Shown here: one piece after another, positions 27,156 through 36,272 of the stretch
Position numbering within the stretch: the stretch's first letter is position 1
Layout of the letters: every line of letters starts with the position of its first letter
Notes under the pieces: model-generated
Databases searched by the model: none
What the model saw: the letters and a program-made list of their open reading frames with translations, nothing else
What the model was told of the DNA's origin: nothing
Made by a program: the position numbers and the translations under genes
Source of the DNA: Thermoplasmata archaeon
Lineage (GTDB): Archaea > Thermoplasmatota > Thermoplasmata > Sysuiplasmatales > Sysuiplasmataceae
Assembly: GCA_021817225.1 (NCBI GenBank)
Contig: JAKAVR010000003.1
Coordinates: forward strand, 20,016-84,015
Reading direction: 5' to 3'
DNA length: 64,000 nt

Positions 27156-28883
27156 TCAGTAGCGGGGGGCGGTTTCGGCCTCGGGAATTTCTGCTCCCGT
27201 CTGCTTAGCTTCAGGCAGCAAATCCACTGCACTTTCGCCTGTCTCGATCAAAATCGGTTCCTTCTTCATCTTCGGCCTCAGAACTGAGGGGATTATTCCA
27301 GCAAGCACTATGATGCCGAAAACAAGAAAGACCTTGTGGAACGAATCCATGAATGTCAGCCACTGCGCCTGGTACAGTGCGCTGTTTACCTCGGAGGCGG
27401 GCAGATTCTGAACTGTGCCCACAAAGAGCGTTATGAAATGCGACACATTCACGGTTGTGCCGATGAATACAAAGGCAATCGTCATTGCCATCATGCTCGC
27501 GACATTGAGCATTGTTGAATTTGTTGCTGCACCGACACCCCTGTCCTTCGCCTCAACAGAATTCATGATGGATGCTATGTTGGGCGATGCAAACAGGCCG
27601 CCGCCGATTCCTGCAAGCGCAAGGACTGCTGACAGCTCGATAACCGATACAGTCTGCGGAATAACGCTCAGGAGGAGAAGTACCACCGCCGAGAGCACCA
27701 TGCCTGCCGTTGTGAGGCCGCGGTAACCGATCCTGTCCGAGACCAGGCCGCTCAGCGGTCCGGCAGCGAGGAAACCGAGGCTCATTGGTATGAGCCAGAG
27801 TCCAGAATTGAAAGCGCTCAGGCCCTTTACTCCCTCGAGGAAGAAGACAAGCAGAAACATCATTCCGCCCCGCCCGAGCGAAAGAAGTGTCGCAGAGAGC
27901 ACACCAGTCGTGAACATTCTGCTTCTGAAAAGGCTGAACTTCATCAGGGGGTACTTGGCCCAGTACATCTCGTTCACCATGAATACAGCTAGCATTGCAA
28001 CGGACCCTGCGAAGCTCAGGTAGCTGTACTCGATATACGGATGGAACGTGCTGTAGAGGACATTGCCTCCGGTTGAAGTGCCGGCAGTCATCCCTCCAAG
28101 CGTGTAGAAGGTTGAGCCAAGGAGCAGAAGGGCTATGGAGGAGGAAAAGAGGACCGCACCGGGGACGTCTATTGACTCGCTTTTCGCGGGGGTGGACAGT
28201 TCGTGAAGCTTTGTATATGCCCATATCGTGGCAAATGCACCGATTGGGACATTGATGAAGAAGATATATCTCCAGCTTGCAACCGAAGTTATGACACCGC
28301 CGAGAACGAGGCCGAGCATGCTTCCGCCGACGCCCGAAACCATGTTAGTCCCCAGCGCGAGACCGCGCTGGTTGGGAGGGAATGCATCAGTCAGCAGAGC
28401 TGCGGAATTGGACCAGAGCATGGCGGCACCAATTGCCTGAAGGAACCTGAAGACGACAAGCTGAAGGCCCTCGGTCATCCAGCCATTTGGTATGATTATT
28501 CCGGAAAGTCCGGCCAGGAGTGAGCCCACTGTGAAGACGGCAAAACCGGTGTTGTAAATCTTCACCCGCCCCTTCAGGTCGGCAATTCTTCCGAAGAACA
28601 TGAGCAGTGTGGCCGTGATGAGCATGTAACCCATGAGCGACCATATGACATAGATGAACGAATTGGCGCTTGCAATTGCATATGCCGCTGAATTTTGAGA
28701 AGCGTAGCCGCCCGGGAGGTGGTGCAGTACGCTCTGGAGTATGTAGGGCAGAGAGATGATTACGATGCTCGTGTCTATCGAAGCCATCAGTATTGCAATT
28801 GTGGTATTCGAAAGAACGACCCATTTGTAGCCCGGGGACCTGAAGTCTGTGGTGCCCGCCATAACGAATTGATGCCTCTTCAA
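27156..28883 (-). CDS. MFS transporter, 14-TM DHA2 (EmrB/QacA)-like
   Basis: 575 aa, many TM helices. Motif-A-like FFGRIADLKGRVKIY and WRYIFFINVPIG are typical of DHA2. Confidence 0.8.
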   Translation of the reverse strand: MKRHQFVMAGTTDFRSPGYKWVVLSNTTIAILMASIDTSIVIISLPYILQSVLHHLPGGYASQNSAAYAIASANSFIYVIWSLMGYMLITATLLMFFGRIADLKGRVKIYNTGFAVFTVGSLLAGLSGIIIPNGWMTEGLQLVVFRFLQAIGAAMLWSNSAALLTDAFPPNQRGLALGTNMVSGVGGSMLGLVLGGVITSVASWRYIFFINVPIGAFATIWAYTKLHELSTPAKSESIDVPGAVLFSSSIALLLLGSTFYTLGGMTAGTSTGGNVLYSTFHPYIEYSYLSFAGSVAMLAVFMVNEMYWAKYPLMKFSLFRSRMFTTGVLSATLLSLGRGGMMFLLVFFLEGVKGLSAFNSGLWLIPMSLGFLAAGPLSGLVSDRIGYRGLTTAGMVLSAVVLLLLSVIPQTVSVIELSAVLALAGIGGGLFASPNIASIMNSVEAKDRGVGAATNSTMLNVASMMAMTIAFVFIGTTVNVSHFITLFVGTVQNLPASEVNSALYQAQWLTFMDSFHKVFLVFGIIVLAGIIPSVLRPKMKKEPILIETGESAVDLLPEAKQTGAEIPEAETAPRY

Positions 28884-29051
28884 CTGATTTCGTTTGAAAA
28901 AACAATCTGTATATGAACTCTTGGAATCGCGCAGCAGCTACAGATTTGCAGGCTCGCTGAGAACCGTTCGCCCGGAATCAGAGCAGCGGGGGTGATAATA
29001 GATACTGTCTGAAGAAAGTGGCAATAAAGGGACACGACAATCGGTTGATTC

Positions 29052-29447
29052 ATGTTGGATAGTGATGCAAGCGCTGCAAAGAGTCTTGCACTGGCCACCG
29101 TCATCCTGGAAGCGGTCTTCTTTGCGATTGGTGTGATTGTCCTGGCAATAGCAATTGTCGCAACAGCGATTTCAGGCGTGAGCCTCGGCACAATGGGTGT
29201 AGCTGCCCTCGTGTTCACCATTCTGTTTGCCATTGGCCTTATGTGGCTGCTGCTCGACTACTACCTGGTTTACAAGCCACTCGCGCAGGAACGCGTGGCC
29301 GATGCAGAGACGCCTTCCTTGGTACTTGGCATATTGCAGCTTATTCTCGGGGGCATCCTACCCGGAATACTGCTCATCATAGCATATGCAAAAATCAGGG
29401 ACTCCCTGAACAACATGATGAGGATGAGGCCTGTTCCTGCCACCTGA
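29052..29447 (+). CDS. Small membrane protein, paralogue of 32645-33091
   Basis: MLDSDASAAKSLALATVILEAVFFAIG...LLDYYLVYKPLAQERVADAETPSLVLGILQLILGGILPGILLIIAYAKIRDS is collinear with the second copy. Confidence 0.55.
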   Translation: MLDSDASAAKSLALATVILEAVFFAIGVIVLAIAIVATAISGVSLGTMGVAALVFTILFAIGLMWLLLDYYLVYKPLAQERVADAETPSLVLGILQLILGGILPGILLIIAYAKIRDSLNNMMRMRPVPAT

Positions 29448-29574
29448 ACAGCTCAATGCGCGAAATGCCGAGCATACGCCGGGGCCACGCAGCTATGCAC
29501 ATTGCCAGTCACCTGCAGTCAACAGCGCACGGGCGCCGGTTGCCGACGGCCGACTCCGAGGGGGAAGGCGGCCT

Positions 29575-30750
29575 TCATGATGCCTGCTTCTGAAGCACTT
29601 CAGCACGATCAGTGCGCTCCCAGGTGAAGGAATCGTCTTCCCTCCCGAAATGACCGTAGCACGCAGTCTGCCTGTATACCGGCCTGAGAAGGTCAAGATC
29701 CCTGATGATGGCACCGGGCCTGAAATTGAATACACCCCTGACAGCATTCTCAAGAGTGCCGTCCTCAGTCGTGCCCGTTCCGAGTGTGTCGACCATGAAC
29801 GAAACCGGGAACGGCACACCTATTGCATAGGCAAGCTGGACAGAGCACTTCCTTGCAAGGCCCGCCCTGACGATATTCTTGGCCACATACCTCGCCATGT
29901 AGCTGCCCGACCTGTCCACCTTGGTAGGATCCTTCCCTGAAAAGCAGCCACCCCCGTGAGAGCCGAATCCGCCGTAAGTGTCCACGACTATTTTCCTGCC
30001 GGTGATGCCTGTGTCCGCCCTTGTCCCCCCAATCACAAACCGGCCGGTCTCGTTGATATAATACTTCGTAGTCTCGTCCACAAATCCCTTAGGGAGCGAA
30101 GGAACAACGACCTCGTCAATAATCTCCCTCCTCAGCCTGCTAATTTCAACATCCTCTGTGTGCTGTGCGGCAACTACGACAGCACCGACATGGGCAGGCG
30201 CGCCGTCGATATAATCAACTGTGACCTGCGATTTGCCATCGGGCCTCAGGTAGGCAAGTGACCCGCTCTTCCTGACGTCCGCCAGCCTCCGTGAAATACT
30301 GTGCGCAAGCACGATTGGCATTGGCATCAGCACATCTGTCTCATCCGAGGCATAGCCGAACATTATTCCCTGGTCTCCCGCGCCCATCTCTTCACCTGGT
30401 CTGTTCACACCGATGGAGATGTCAGGAGACTGCTCCTCGATTGAAACAAGGACGCCGCATGTTTTCCAGTCTATGCCATCCCTTGCGTTGTCGAGGCCTA
30501 TATCGCGGAGTACGCCACGCACGACGTCAGAGTAGACAATCCTTGCAGATGTTGTGATCTGGCCTGTGACGATGACCGTTCCCTGCAGCAACAGCGTCTC
30601 ACAGTCTACCTTCGAACCGCTGTCCTCGGCAAGGGCTGCATCCAGAATAGCGTCCGAAATCTGATCCGCAACCTTGTCCGGATGACCTTCCGTGACAGAC
30701 TCTGATGTAAAGCTGAATTTTCTTCCCAGCCTAATCCACCCTGTCCTCAA
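29575..30750 (-). CDS. metK: S-adenosylmethionine synthetase, bacterial/eukaryotic type
   Basis: FTSESVTEGHPDKVADQISDAILDA, GAGDQGIMFGYA, GGGCFSGKDPTKVDRSGSYMARY, YAIGV: canonical MetK signatures, not the archaeal MAT type. Confidence 0.9.
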   Translation of the reverse strand: MRTGWIRLGRKFSFTSESVTEGHPDKVADQISDAILDAALAEDSGSKVDCETLLLQGTVIVTGQITTSARIVYSDVVRGVLRDIGLDNARDGIDWKTCGVLVSIEEQSPDISIGVNRPGEEMGAGDQGIMFGYASDETDVLMPMPIVLAHSISRRLADVRKSGSLAYLRPDGKSQVTVDYIDGAPAHVGAVVVAAQHTEDVEISRLRREIIDEVVVPSLPKGFVDETTKYYINETGRFVIGGTRADTGITGRKIVVDTYGGFGSHGGGCFSGKDPTKVDRSGSYMARYVAKNIVRAGLARKCSVQLAYAIGVPFPVSFMVDTLGTGTTEDGTLENAVRGVFNFRPGAIIRDLDLLRPVYRQTACYGHFGREDDSFTWERTDRAEVLQKQAS

Positions 30751-30905
30751 CGATCACTGTCCACATGTATATTGGCTGCCTCATTTCGCTTTCCTGACCC
30801 GGCCCTGAATTCACACGGGTTGAAACCACCCTTGCCTCTGTCTCCGGCCCATGGCAAGGCAGGGGACAGCAGCTGCGACCATGTTCAAATAAAGATAATA
30901 TCACC

Positions 30906-31469
30906 GTGGAGCCCTTCCGGCTTCTTGTGCCTACCCACATCTCTTTCCTCAGGGGAGTGAATGTTGCAGGAAGAAAAGTTGACATGGCCGGAGTCAGAGA
31001 TATCTACGTGTCTGCCGGCGCCATGAACGTGAGGACGTACATCCAGAGCGGAAACATTGTCTTCGAGAGCGGCGAGGAGGAGCTCGGCGCAATTGAAAAG
31101 CGGGCACGGGAGCTCATGATGGAGCGTTTCAAACTGGAGGTTTGTGTTATCACAAGGAGTCCGATCCAGCTCAGGGAGATAGTCGGAAACATGCCTTTCA
31201 GGCAAGTAGACGAGGGGAAGCTGCATGTCACCTTCCTTTCATCCCCGCCTGTGAGAACGCATTGTTCAGAATTTGAAAAGGCAAGGGACGCATCCGAGAA
31301 ATTCTACATTGGTGAGAGGGAGATTTATCTCTACTGCCCAAACGGATACGGCCGCACCAAACTCACAAACAGTTTCATTGAAAGGAAGCTATGTGTGAAG
31401 GCGACAACCAGAAACTGGAGAACAGTGAACTCATTGCTTGCGATTGCCGAGACTGGCAATTACAGGTGA
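30906..31469 (+). CDS. DUF1697 family protein
   Basis: ISFLRGVNVAGRKVDMAGVRDIY...VRTYIQSGNIVFES matches the DUF1697 N-terminal pattern. Confidence 0.7.
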   Translation: MEPFRLLVPTHISFLRGVNVAGRKVDMAGVRDIYVSAGAMNVRTYIQSGNIVFESGEEELGAIEKRARELMMERFKLEVCVITRSPIQLREIVGNMPFRQVDEGKLHVTFLSSPPVRTHCSEFEKARDASEKFYIGEREIYLYCPNGYGRTKLTNSFIERKLCVKATTRNWRTVNSLLAIAETGNYR

Positions 31470-31578
31470 GACGTTCGCACTGCCGCGCCCTGTCCGCACT
31501 TCATAAAAAACAAAGGCATTTGTACCAGAGCCCTGTCGATTGGGTCAGTGCCGGATTTCGAAAGAGGTGGAAAAGAAG

Positions 31579-32358
31579 ATGAGTCAGATAATGGGTCTGG
31601 TGTCTTCAATTCCATTGCTGTTCAGCTTTAACCTGGCGTACCTGCAGGTTGCCCTCCTTGCAGTGGAGATTGCACTGCTTGGAGCGACGCTTCTCCTCAT
31701 CATGGCAACAAGGAGAGAAATCAGGGCCAGGGACCTGCTGCTGCAGCACGTGTCAATGGCCACAGACGCAATTTCCAGGCAGGAATACTTCGACGCAGTG
31801 ATATCGGCCATTCAGGCAAGCACGAAATATGTATATGCAATGGTAACAGGGACAACACCCACGCCCGATGATGCAGATGTGGTGAAACTCATACTCGACT
31901 CGGTAGGTCATGCGAGCTCGAGGGGAATTACATTCCGCTACCTTCTGCCCGATTCGCCGGACAGGCTGGAAATGGCCAAGCTCTACATGCAGAAGGGAGC
32001 GGAAGTGAAGTTCCATCCGGACATAATAGTCAATGATGCGCGTTTCATGATAATGGACGACAGTTCTGTCATAATTGGTGTTCCTGGTTCGGGCGGGAAG
32101 GGCAGGCCCACCAGGAATGGGCACCACATCGGCTCCGAAAGCATCGCCCATGTTTTCAAGGAAATGTTTGACATGCAGTGGGAATCCTCAGACGCGAAGA
32201 CATATTCCCAGTTCCTGAGTGAACTGGTTGCAAAAGCCAGGCAGTTCAATCCGGACGTGTCTTCAGCGGTCATAGCCAAGAACCTGAAGATAGACAAAGA
32301 GGACGTTGAAAGCGTCTACCTCAAACATACTGAAAGGAAGTTCAAGACAACCGCCTGA
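31579..32358 (+). CDS. Membrane-anchored hypothetical protein (possible degenerate PLD-like fold)
   Basis: N-terminal TM region, then KFHPDIIVNDARFMIMDDSSVIIGVPG, which resembles a PLD-like segment but lacks the H-x-K residues. Start chosen at MSQIMGLV. Confidence 0.45.
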   Translation: MSQIMGLVSSIPLLFSFNLAYLQVALLAVEIALLGATLLLIMATRREIRARDLLLQHVSMATDAISRQEYFDAVISAIQASTKYVYAMVTGTTPTPDDADVVKLILDSVGHASSRGITFRYLLPDSPDRLEMAKLYMQKGAEVKFHPDIIVNDARFMIMDDSSVIIGVPGSGGKGRPTRNGHHIGSESIAHVFKEMFDMQWESSDAKTYSQFLSELVAKARQFNPDVSSAVIAKNLKIDKEDVESVYLKHTERKFKTTA

Positions 32359-32403
32359 ACGGTTGCTGTGGACTGCAGGGGAGTGTCGCCCGGATTGAAA
32401 AAG

Positions 32404-32476
32404 TAGCCCCGGGCAGATTCGAACTGCCGTCGCAAGATCCAGAGTCTCGCATGATTGACCGCTACACTACGGGGCT
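32404..32476 (-). tRNA. tRNA-Gln (anticodon CUG)
   Basis: Manual cloverleaf: acceptor AGCCCCG/CGGGGCT, anticodon stem CGAGA/TCTTG, loop CT-CTG-GA, T arm GGCAG-TTCGAAT-CTGCC, discriminator A. An oligo-T tract follows the 3' end. Confidence 0.85.
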
Positions 32477-32644
32477 AATACGATGCCGCACTACCATCGA
32501 AATGGTAGATAAAACTAATCCAAGGCTCCCTCTTCCACAATTCCCGCCCATGTGATTTGCGGAGGGGCGGCCTGCATGATTGCAGCCGACGTTCATCGCA
32601 TACGGCGCCAAAGCCTTAATAGTGAGCACAAGGTTCAAGGGCGC

Positions 32645-33091
32645 ATGTTGGATTCGGACGCAAGCAGTGCGAAAACACTAACGTTGGTTGCAATCATACT
32701 CCAGTCTTTGTTTTTCATCCTGGGTTTATTCTTCATCATAGCATTCCTTGCCGTGATTCTGGGAACCACCGCAGGTGCAGGAGGTGCTACCGCCTCCTTC
32801 CCAATGGTGGGCCTGGGCTTTTTCGGGACAATTTTCGCCTTTGGATTCGCCATCGGCTTCATCTGGATTCTTCTCGAGTACTTCCTTGTTTACAAGAAGC
32901 TTTCAGAGGAAAGGGTCACCGAGGCGGAGACTCCTGCCCTCGTGCTTGGTGTCATAACACTTCTTTTCGGGGGCATAATAACCGGTATACTGCTTATAAT
33001 CGCATATGTCAAGATAAGGGACTCCATAGCGAGGCATCCCCCGGCTTACCAGCATCCCTACCAGCAGCAGCCCCCGCCGCCTTCCTTCTGA
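32645..33091 (+). CDS. Small membrane protein, paralogue of 29052-29447, with Q/P-rich tail
   Basis: MLDSDASSAKTLTLVAIILQSLFFILG...LLEYFLVYKKLSEERVTEAETPALVLGVITLLFGGIITGILLIIAYVKIRDS. Start chosen at the internal ATG at 32645. Confidence 0.55.
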   Translation: MLDSDASSAKTLTLVAIILQSLFFILGLFFIIAFLAVILGTTAGAGGATASFPMVGLGFFGTIFAFGFAIGFIWILLEYFLVYKKLSEERVTEAETPALVLGVITLLFGGIITGILLIIAYVKIRDSIARHPPAYQHPYQQQPPPPSF

Positions 33092-33130
33092 AGGCGCACT
33101 GATGAATCGGGTGATGAAACGCCACCACAA

Positions 33131-33607
33131 ATAGAGACGGTTGCGGTCGAGGCGCCCGAGGGTTCAAACGTAATCCTTGCGCAATCTCACTTCATAAAAA
33201 CAGCGGAGGACGTCTACGAGGCACTCGCATCTGCTGCTCCGGGCATCAGGTTTGGCACTGCATTCAATGAGGCCTCGGGGCAGCGCCTTGTGAGAACTGA
33301 AGGAAACGACGCGCGTTTAACCGAAATAGCTGCGCGCAATGCCCTCAGGATAGGCGCTGGTCACCTGCTTGTTGTCATCATGGAGAATGCATATCCAATC
33401 AACGTGATGCACGGGCTGAAGGCTGTCGCGGAAATAACACATATCTACTGCGCAACTTCCAATCCGTTGAAGGTTGTTGTCCTCAGGGAAGAGGGAGGGG
33501 TTTCCATCCTGGGCGTCATCGACGGCTTGTCGCCTTCTGGAGTCGAGTCCGAGGCGGACAGGAAGGAGAGGCGCGATTTCCTGCGGAAGATCGGCTACAA
33601 GAAATGA
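33131..33607 (+). CDS. Adenosine-specific kinase family protein (PF04008/DUF355-like); start codon unresolved
   Basis: NVILAQSHFIKTAEDVYEAL...FGTAFNEASG...GAGHLLVVIMENAYPINVMHGLKAV...ATSNPLKVVV...LRKIGYKK. The conserved N-terminal 50+ aa lie upstream of the first in-frame ATG/GTG/TTG (33290), so the real start is upstream (see finding). Confidence 0.65.
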   Translation: METVAVEAPEGSNVILAQSHFIKTAEDVYEALASAAPGIRFGTAFNEASGQRLVRTEGNDARLTEIAARNALRIGAGHLLVVIMENAYPINVMHGLKAVAEITHIYCATSNPLKVVVLREEGGVSILGVIDGLSPSGVESEADRKERRDFLRKIGYKK

Positions 33608-33610
33608 GCC

Positions 33611-34594
33611 TCAGACTGCTGCAATCATCCTGAACACTTTGTCGGAAACGTTTCCGCCCGTGATTATAAGCGCTACCCGATTCACTCCGCGGGAGACGAG
33701 CTCCGGGCCGTACCTCTTGAGTGCTGCCACAGTTGATGCGCTTGCCGGCTCAATCAGCAGGTGCGACGAGTTCCACATCTCCTTCACCGCTTCGACAATC
33801 TCTTCATCTGAAACGAGAAGTATCCCGCGAACATGCTCCTTCACAATCGAGACGTTGATGGCACCAGGGGTGGAGACCATGATGCCGTCCGCAATTGTTT
33901 CCGACTTCGAGGTTACAGGCTTCCCCTCATGCACCGACAGGTTCATCGACTGTGCTCCCTCCGCCTGAACTCCCATGATGCTCGTGGACCTGTTGCCTGC
34001 ATATGACAGGGCTATACCGGATATGAGACCGCCGCCCCCAATTGGGCAAAGTACTGCATCGAGGTCCATCTGCTCCTGCAGTTCCAGGCCTATCGTACCC
34101 TGGCCGCCGATTATCTCCGGGTCATCGAATGAAGGTATGAGGGGTATGCCCGTGCTTGCCGAGTAGTCGGATGCATATTTTATCCTCTCGTCCGAGGTTG
34201 TTCCGCTGAAGGCGACCTCTGCGCCCATGTCTTTTATCATCTGAAGCTTGGATGGATTTACATTCTGGGGCAAGACGACAACCGCCTTCTTGCCAAGCAT
34301 GGCCGCCATGTACGCGACGGCTATGCCATGATTTCCGGATGAAGCAGTGATGACTGTGTCCTGGCTGACCCTTGACAGCTTGTTCGCGGCACCCCTGATC
34401 TTGAACGATCGTACGGGCTGATAGAGTTCGAGCTTCAGGCGGACATCAAGCCCGGTCAGGCGGCTAAGATGGAAGTCCCTGTAGAGTGGTGTCCTGATGC
34501 AGTACCTGTACACTACTTTCGAAGCTTCTGTGACAACCTCTTTGCCTAACATGGGAACGACACTGTACGCACGTGGCGGATTAAAGCATTGCAT
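33611..34594 (-). CDS. PLP-dependent threonine/serine dehydratase (threonine ammonia-lyase-like)
   Basis: PLP-lysine motif SFKIRGAANKL and glycine loop PIGGGGLISG. The start is possibly the internal MLGKE (34552). Confidence 0.8.
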   Translation of the reverse strand: MQCFNPPRAYSVVPMLGKEVVTEASKVVYRYCIRTPLYRDFHLSRLTGLDVRLKLELYQPVRSFKIRGAANKLSRVSQDTVITASSGNHGIAVAYMAAMLGKKAVVVLPQNVNPSKLQMIKDMGAEVAFSGTTSDERIKYASDYSASTGIPLIPSFDDPEIIGGQGTIGLELQEQMDLDAVLCPIGGGGLISGIALSYAGNRSTSIMGVQAEGAQSMNLSVHEGKPVTSKSETIADGIMVSTPGAINVSIVKEHVRGILLVSDEEIVEAVKEMWNSSHLLIEPASASTVAALKRYGPELVSRGVNRVALIITGGNVSDKVFRMIAAV

Positions 34595-34605
34595 TCGCCC
34601 GTGAC

Positions 34606-35403
34606 TCAGATATTCCAGTCGATGCCCACGGTCCTGATCCCTATCTTTGGAATGGATGGCAGCTTCCTCTTGTGACTGGAGGAATGAATCATGTCGACAA
34701 CCTTCTCGACTTTGCCTGCAGGCAGTCCTGTGGCGGCTGGAATTTCATGAGGACTCTTTCCTGCTTCAAGAGAGTAGAGGATTGTGTCGAGTTCGGTGTA
34801 TGTCATTCCCATCTCCCCCTCGTCTGTCTGGCCGGGCCAGAGACCAGCAGTCGGTGTCTTTGTTATGAAGACAGATGGAAGGCCGACAAGAACAGCGAGC
34901 TCCCTCAGCTGTGTCTTGTACAGATCACCTATAGGGCAGAAGTCCGAGGCGCCATCACCGTACTTGGTGAAATAGCCAGTGAGAAATTCGCTCTTGTTGC
35001 TTGTCCCTGCAACAAGCAGGTGTTCTGCGTTTGCCAGGGAGTAAACAAGAACCATCCTCGTCCTTGCCTTGATGTTTCCCAGGACCCTCCTGTCCGAGAT
35101 GCCCCCGAGAGAAGCGAACTGATTCACAATTTCACCGATGGAGTACTTGTGCACCTGCACACCGAGTGACGAAGCGAGACCGGACGCGTCGTCGGCGTCG
35201 GTGCCGCCGTCGTTCCCCTCCGGGAGTATCAGGGCATGAACCCTCGATGGGCCAAGTGCCTCGACGCAAAGCTTCAGAGTCAATGCGGAGTCGATGCCGC
35301 CGCTCAGATTGATTGCGACACCTGAAGCGCCGCTTTCCTCGACCCTTCCCTTGATAAACGAGACTATCCTGCCATGAGCTTCCTTGCTCAACTTGGGCTG
35401 CAC
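34606..35403 (-). CDS. nadE: NH3-dependent NAD+ synthetase
   Basis: PP-loop INLSGGIDSAL, NKSEFLTGYFTKYGDG, DLYKTQLRELA. Confidence 0.85.
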   Translation of the reverse strand: MQPKLSKEAHGRIVSFIKGRVEESGASGVAINLSGGIDSALTLKLCVEALGPSRVHALILPEGNDGGTDADDASGLASSLGVQVHKYSIGEIVNQFASLGGISDRRVLGNIKARTRMVLVYSLANAEHLLVAGTSNKSEFLTGYFTKYGDGASDFCPIGDLYKTQLRELAVLVGLPSVFITKTPTAGLWPGQTDEGEMGMTYTELDTILYSLEAGKSPHEIPAATGLPAGKVEKVVDMIHSSSHKRKLPSIPKIGIRTVGIDWNI

Positions 35404-35545
35404 GCCTCCGAGTATTGATAATCTGTATCTAAATCTGTCGGGACTGCTTCGAGGCCATATCCGTTTTCAGTCCAATAATGAATTAGCTGCGAACCTCAGT
35501 CCATCGATTACGGTTAAATACGGAAGTCAAATAACGATGCACTGA

Positions 35546-35642
35546 GCCGAGGTGGCCCAGCCCGGTAAGGCGCGAGCCTGGAATTCTAAACAGCAAGCTC
35601 GTGTCGCTCTGCGACTCGGGAGTTCAAATCTCCCCCTCGGCG
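35546..35642 (+). tRNA. tRNA-Ser (anticodon GGA) with a probable 12-nt intron after position 37
   Basis: Acceptor GCCGAGG/CCTCGGC, 3-bp D stem GCC/GGC, anticodon stem CGAGC...GCTCG separated by 19 nt (CT-GGA-A + TTCTAAACAGCA + A), long variable arm GTCGC-TCT-GCGAC, T arm GGGAG-TTCAAAT-CTCCC. Confidence 0.7.
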
Positions 35643-35678
35643 CTCAGGCAATTCCGCCGCCCTTCCATTACCTTGCCT

Positions 35679-36221
35679 CTACCCTTGCGTTAAGGCCCGG
35701 CGCCCTGTCTTGCCTGCACGGATCAGGCGACTGAAATTGTCTTCCGTCATCCTGAAGTAAGTCCACTCGGAGAGTTCCTTCGCACCGATTTTGCCGTAGA
35801 AGTTCAGTGCCATCTCGTTCCACTTCAGCACCGACCATTCCATCCTTCCACATCTCCTGCGCGCCGCAGTCTCGCCAAGAATTGAGAATATTGCAGTGCC
35901 TACACCCGCTCTCCTGAATTCAGGCAGCACAAAGATGTCCTCGAGGTAGAGGGTTGGTTTGGCGAGGAATGTGGAATATGTCATGAAATACACAGCGTAT
36001 GCAACTGCCCTGCTGCCTGCGAATCCCATCACGAGCTCGAATTTTCTGTTCTTTCCGAAAGCGTCCCTCCTCAGCCTCCTGATTTCCTTCCTGCCGGGGG
36101 GTGACAGCTTCTCGTAGTTCGCGAGTTCATTCACCAGTGTTATGAACTGATCTGCGTCGCCTGTTCTTGCCTTTCTGACTGTTATTTTTGGTCCGGCGGC
36201 CGATAAATACGATGCTTTCAC
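35679..36221 (-). CDS. GNAT-family N-acetyltransferase
   Basis: LEDIFVLPEFRRAGVGTAIFSILGETAARRRCGRMEWSVLKWNEMALNFYGKIGA (acetyl-CoA binding motif A region). Confidence 0.75.
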   Translation of the reverse strand: MKASYLSAAGPKITVRKARTGDADQFITLVNELANYEKLSPPGRKEIRRLRRDAFGKNRKFELVMGFAGSRAVAYAVYFMTYSTFLAKPTLYLEDIFVLPEFRRAGVGTAIFSILGETAARRRCGRMEWSVLKWNEMALNFYGKIGAKELSEWTYFRMTEDNFSRLIRAGKTGRRALTQG

Positions 36222-36272
36222 GCTCCAGCAAACGGCAGGCGTTGATTAATTGTTTCCGAAAGGCACCTGCGT

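Noticed and set aside
25952-27232. The track start of PurP paralogue 1 at 27232 gives a 426-aa protein.
   Set aside because: The extra 44 N-terminal residues overlap the 3' end of the MFS transporter gene and are not PurP-like. The internal ATG at 27100 was used instead.
33089-33091. Possibility that TGA is recoded as a sense codon in this organism. In-frame TGAs precede start-less coding sequence at 33089 and 61160.
   Set aside because: Several conserved genes (for example rpoB and rpoA1) terminate at TGA at the expected protein length, so genome-wide TGA reassignment is not supported. Local indel or read-through explanations are preferred.
35552-35734. 60-aa + strand ORF.
   Set aside because: It lies on top of the tRNA-Ser gene, so it is spurious.
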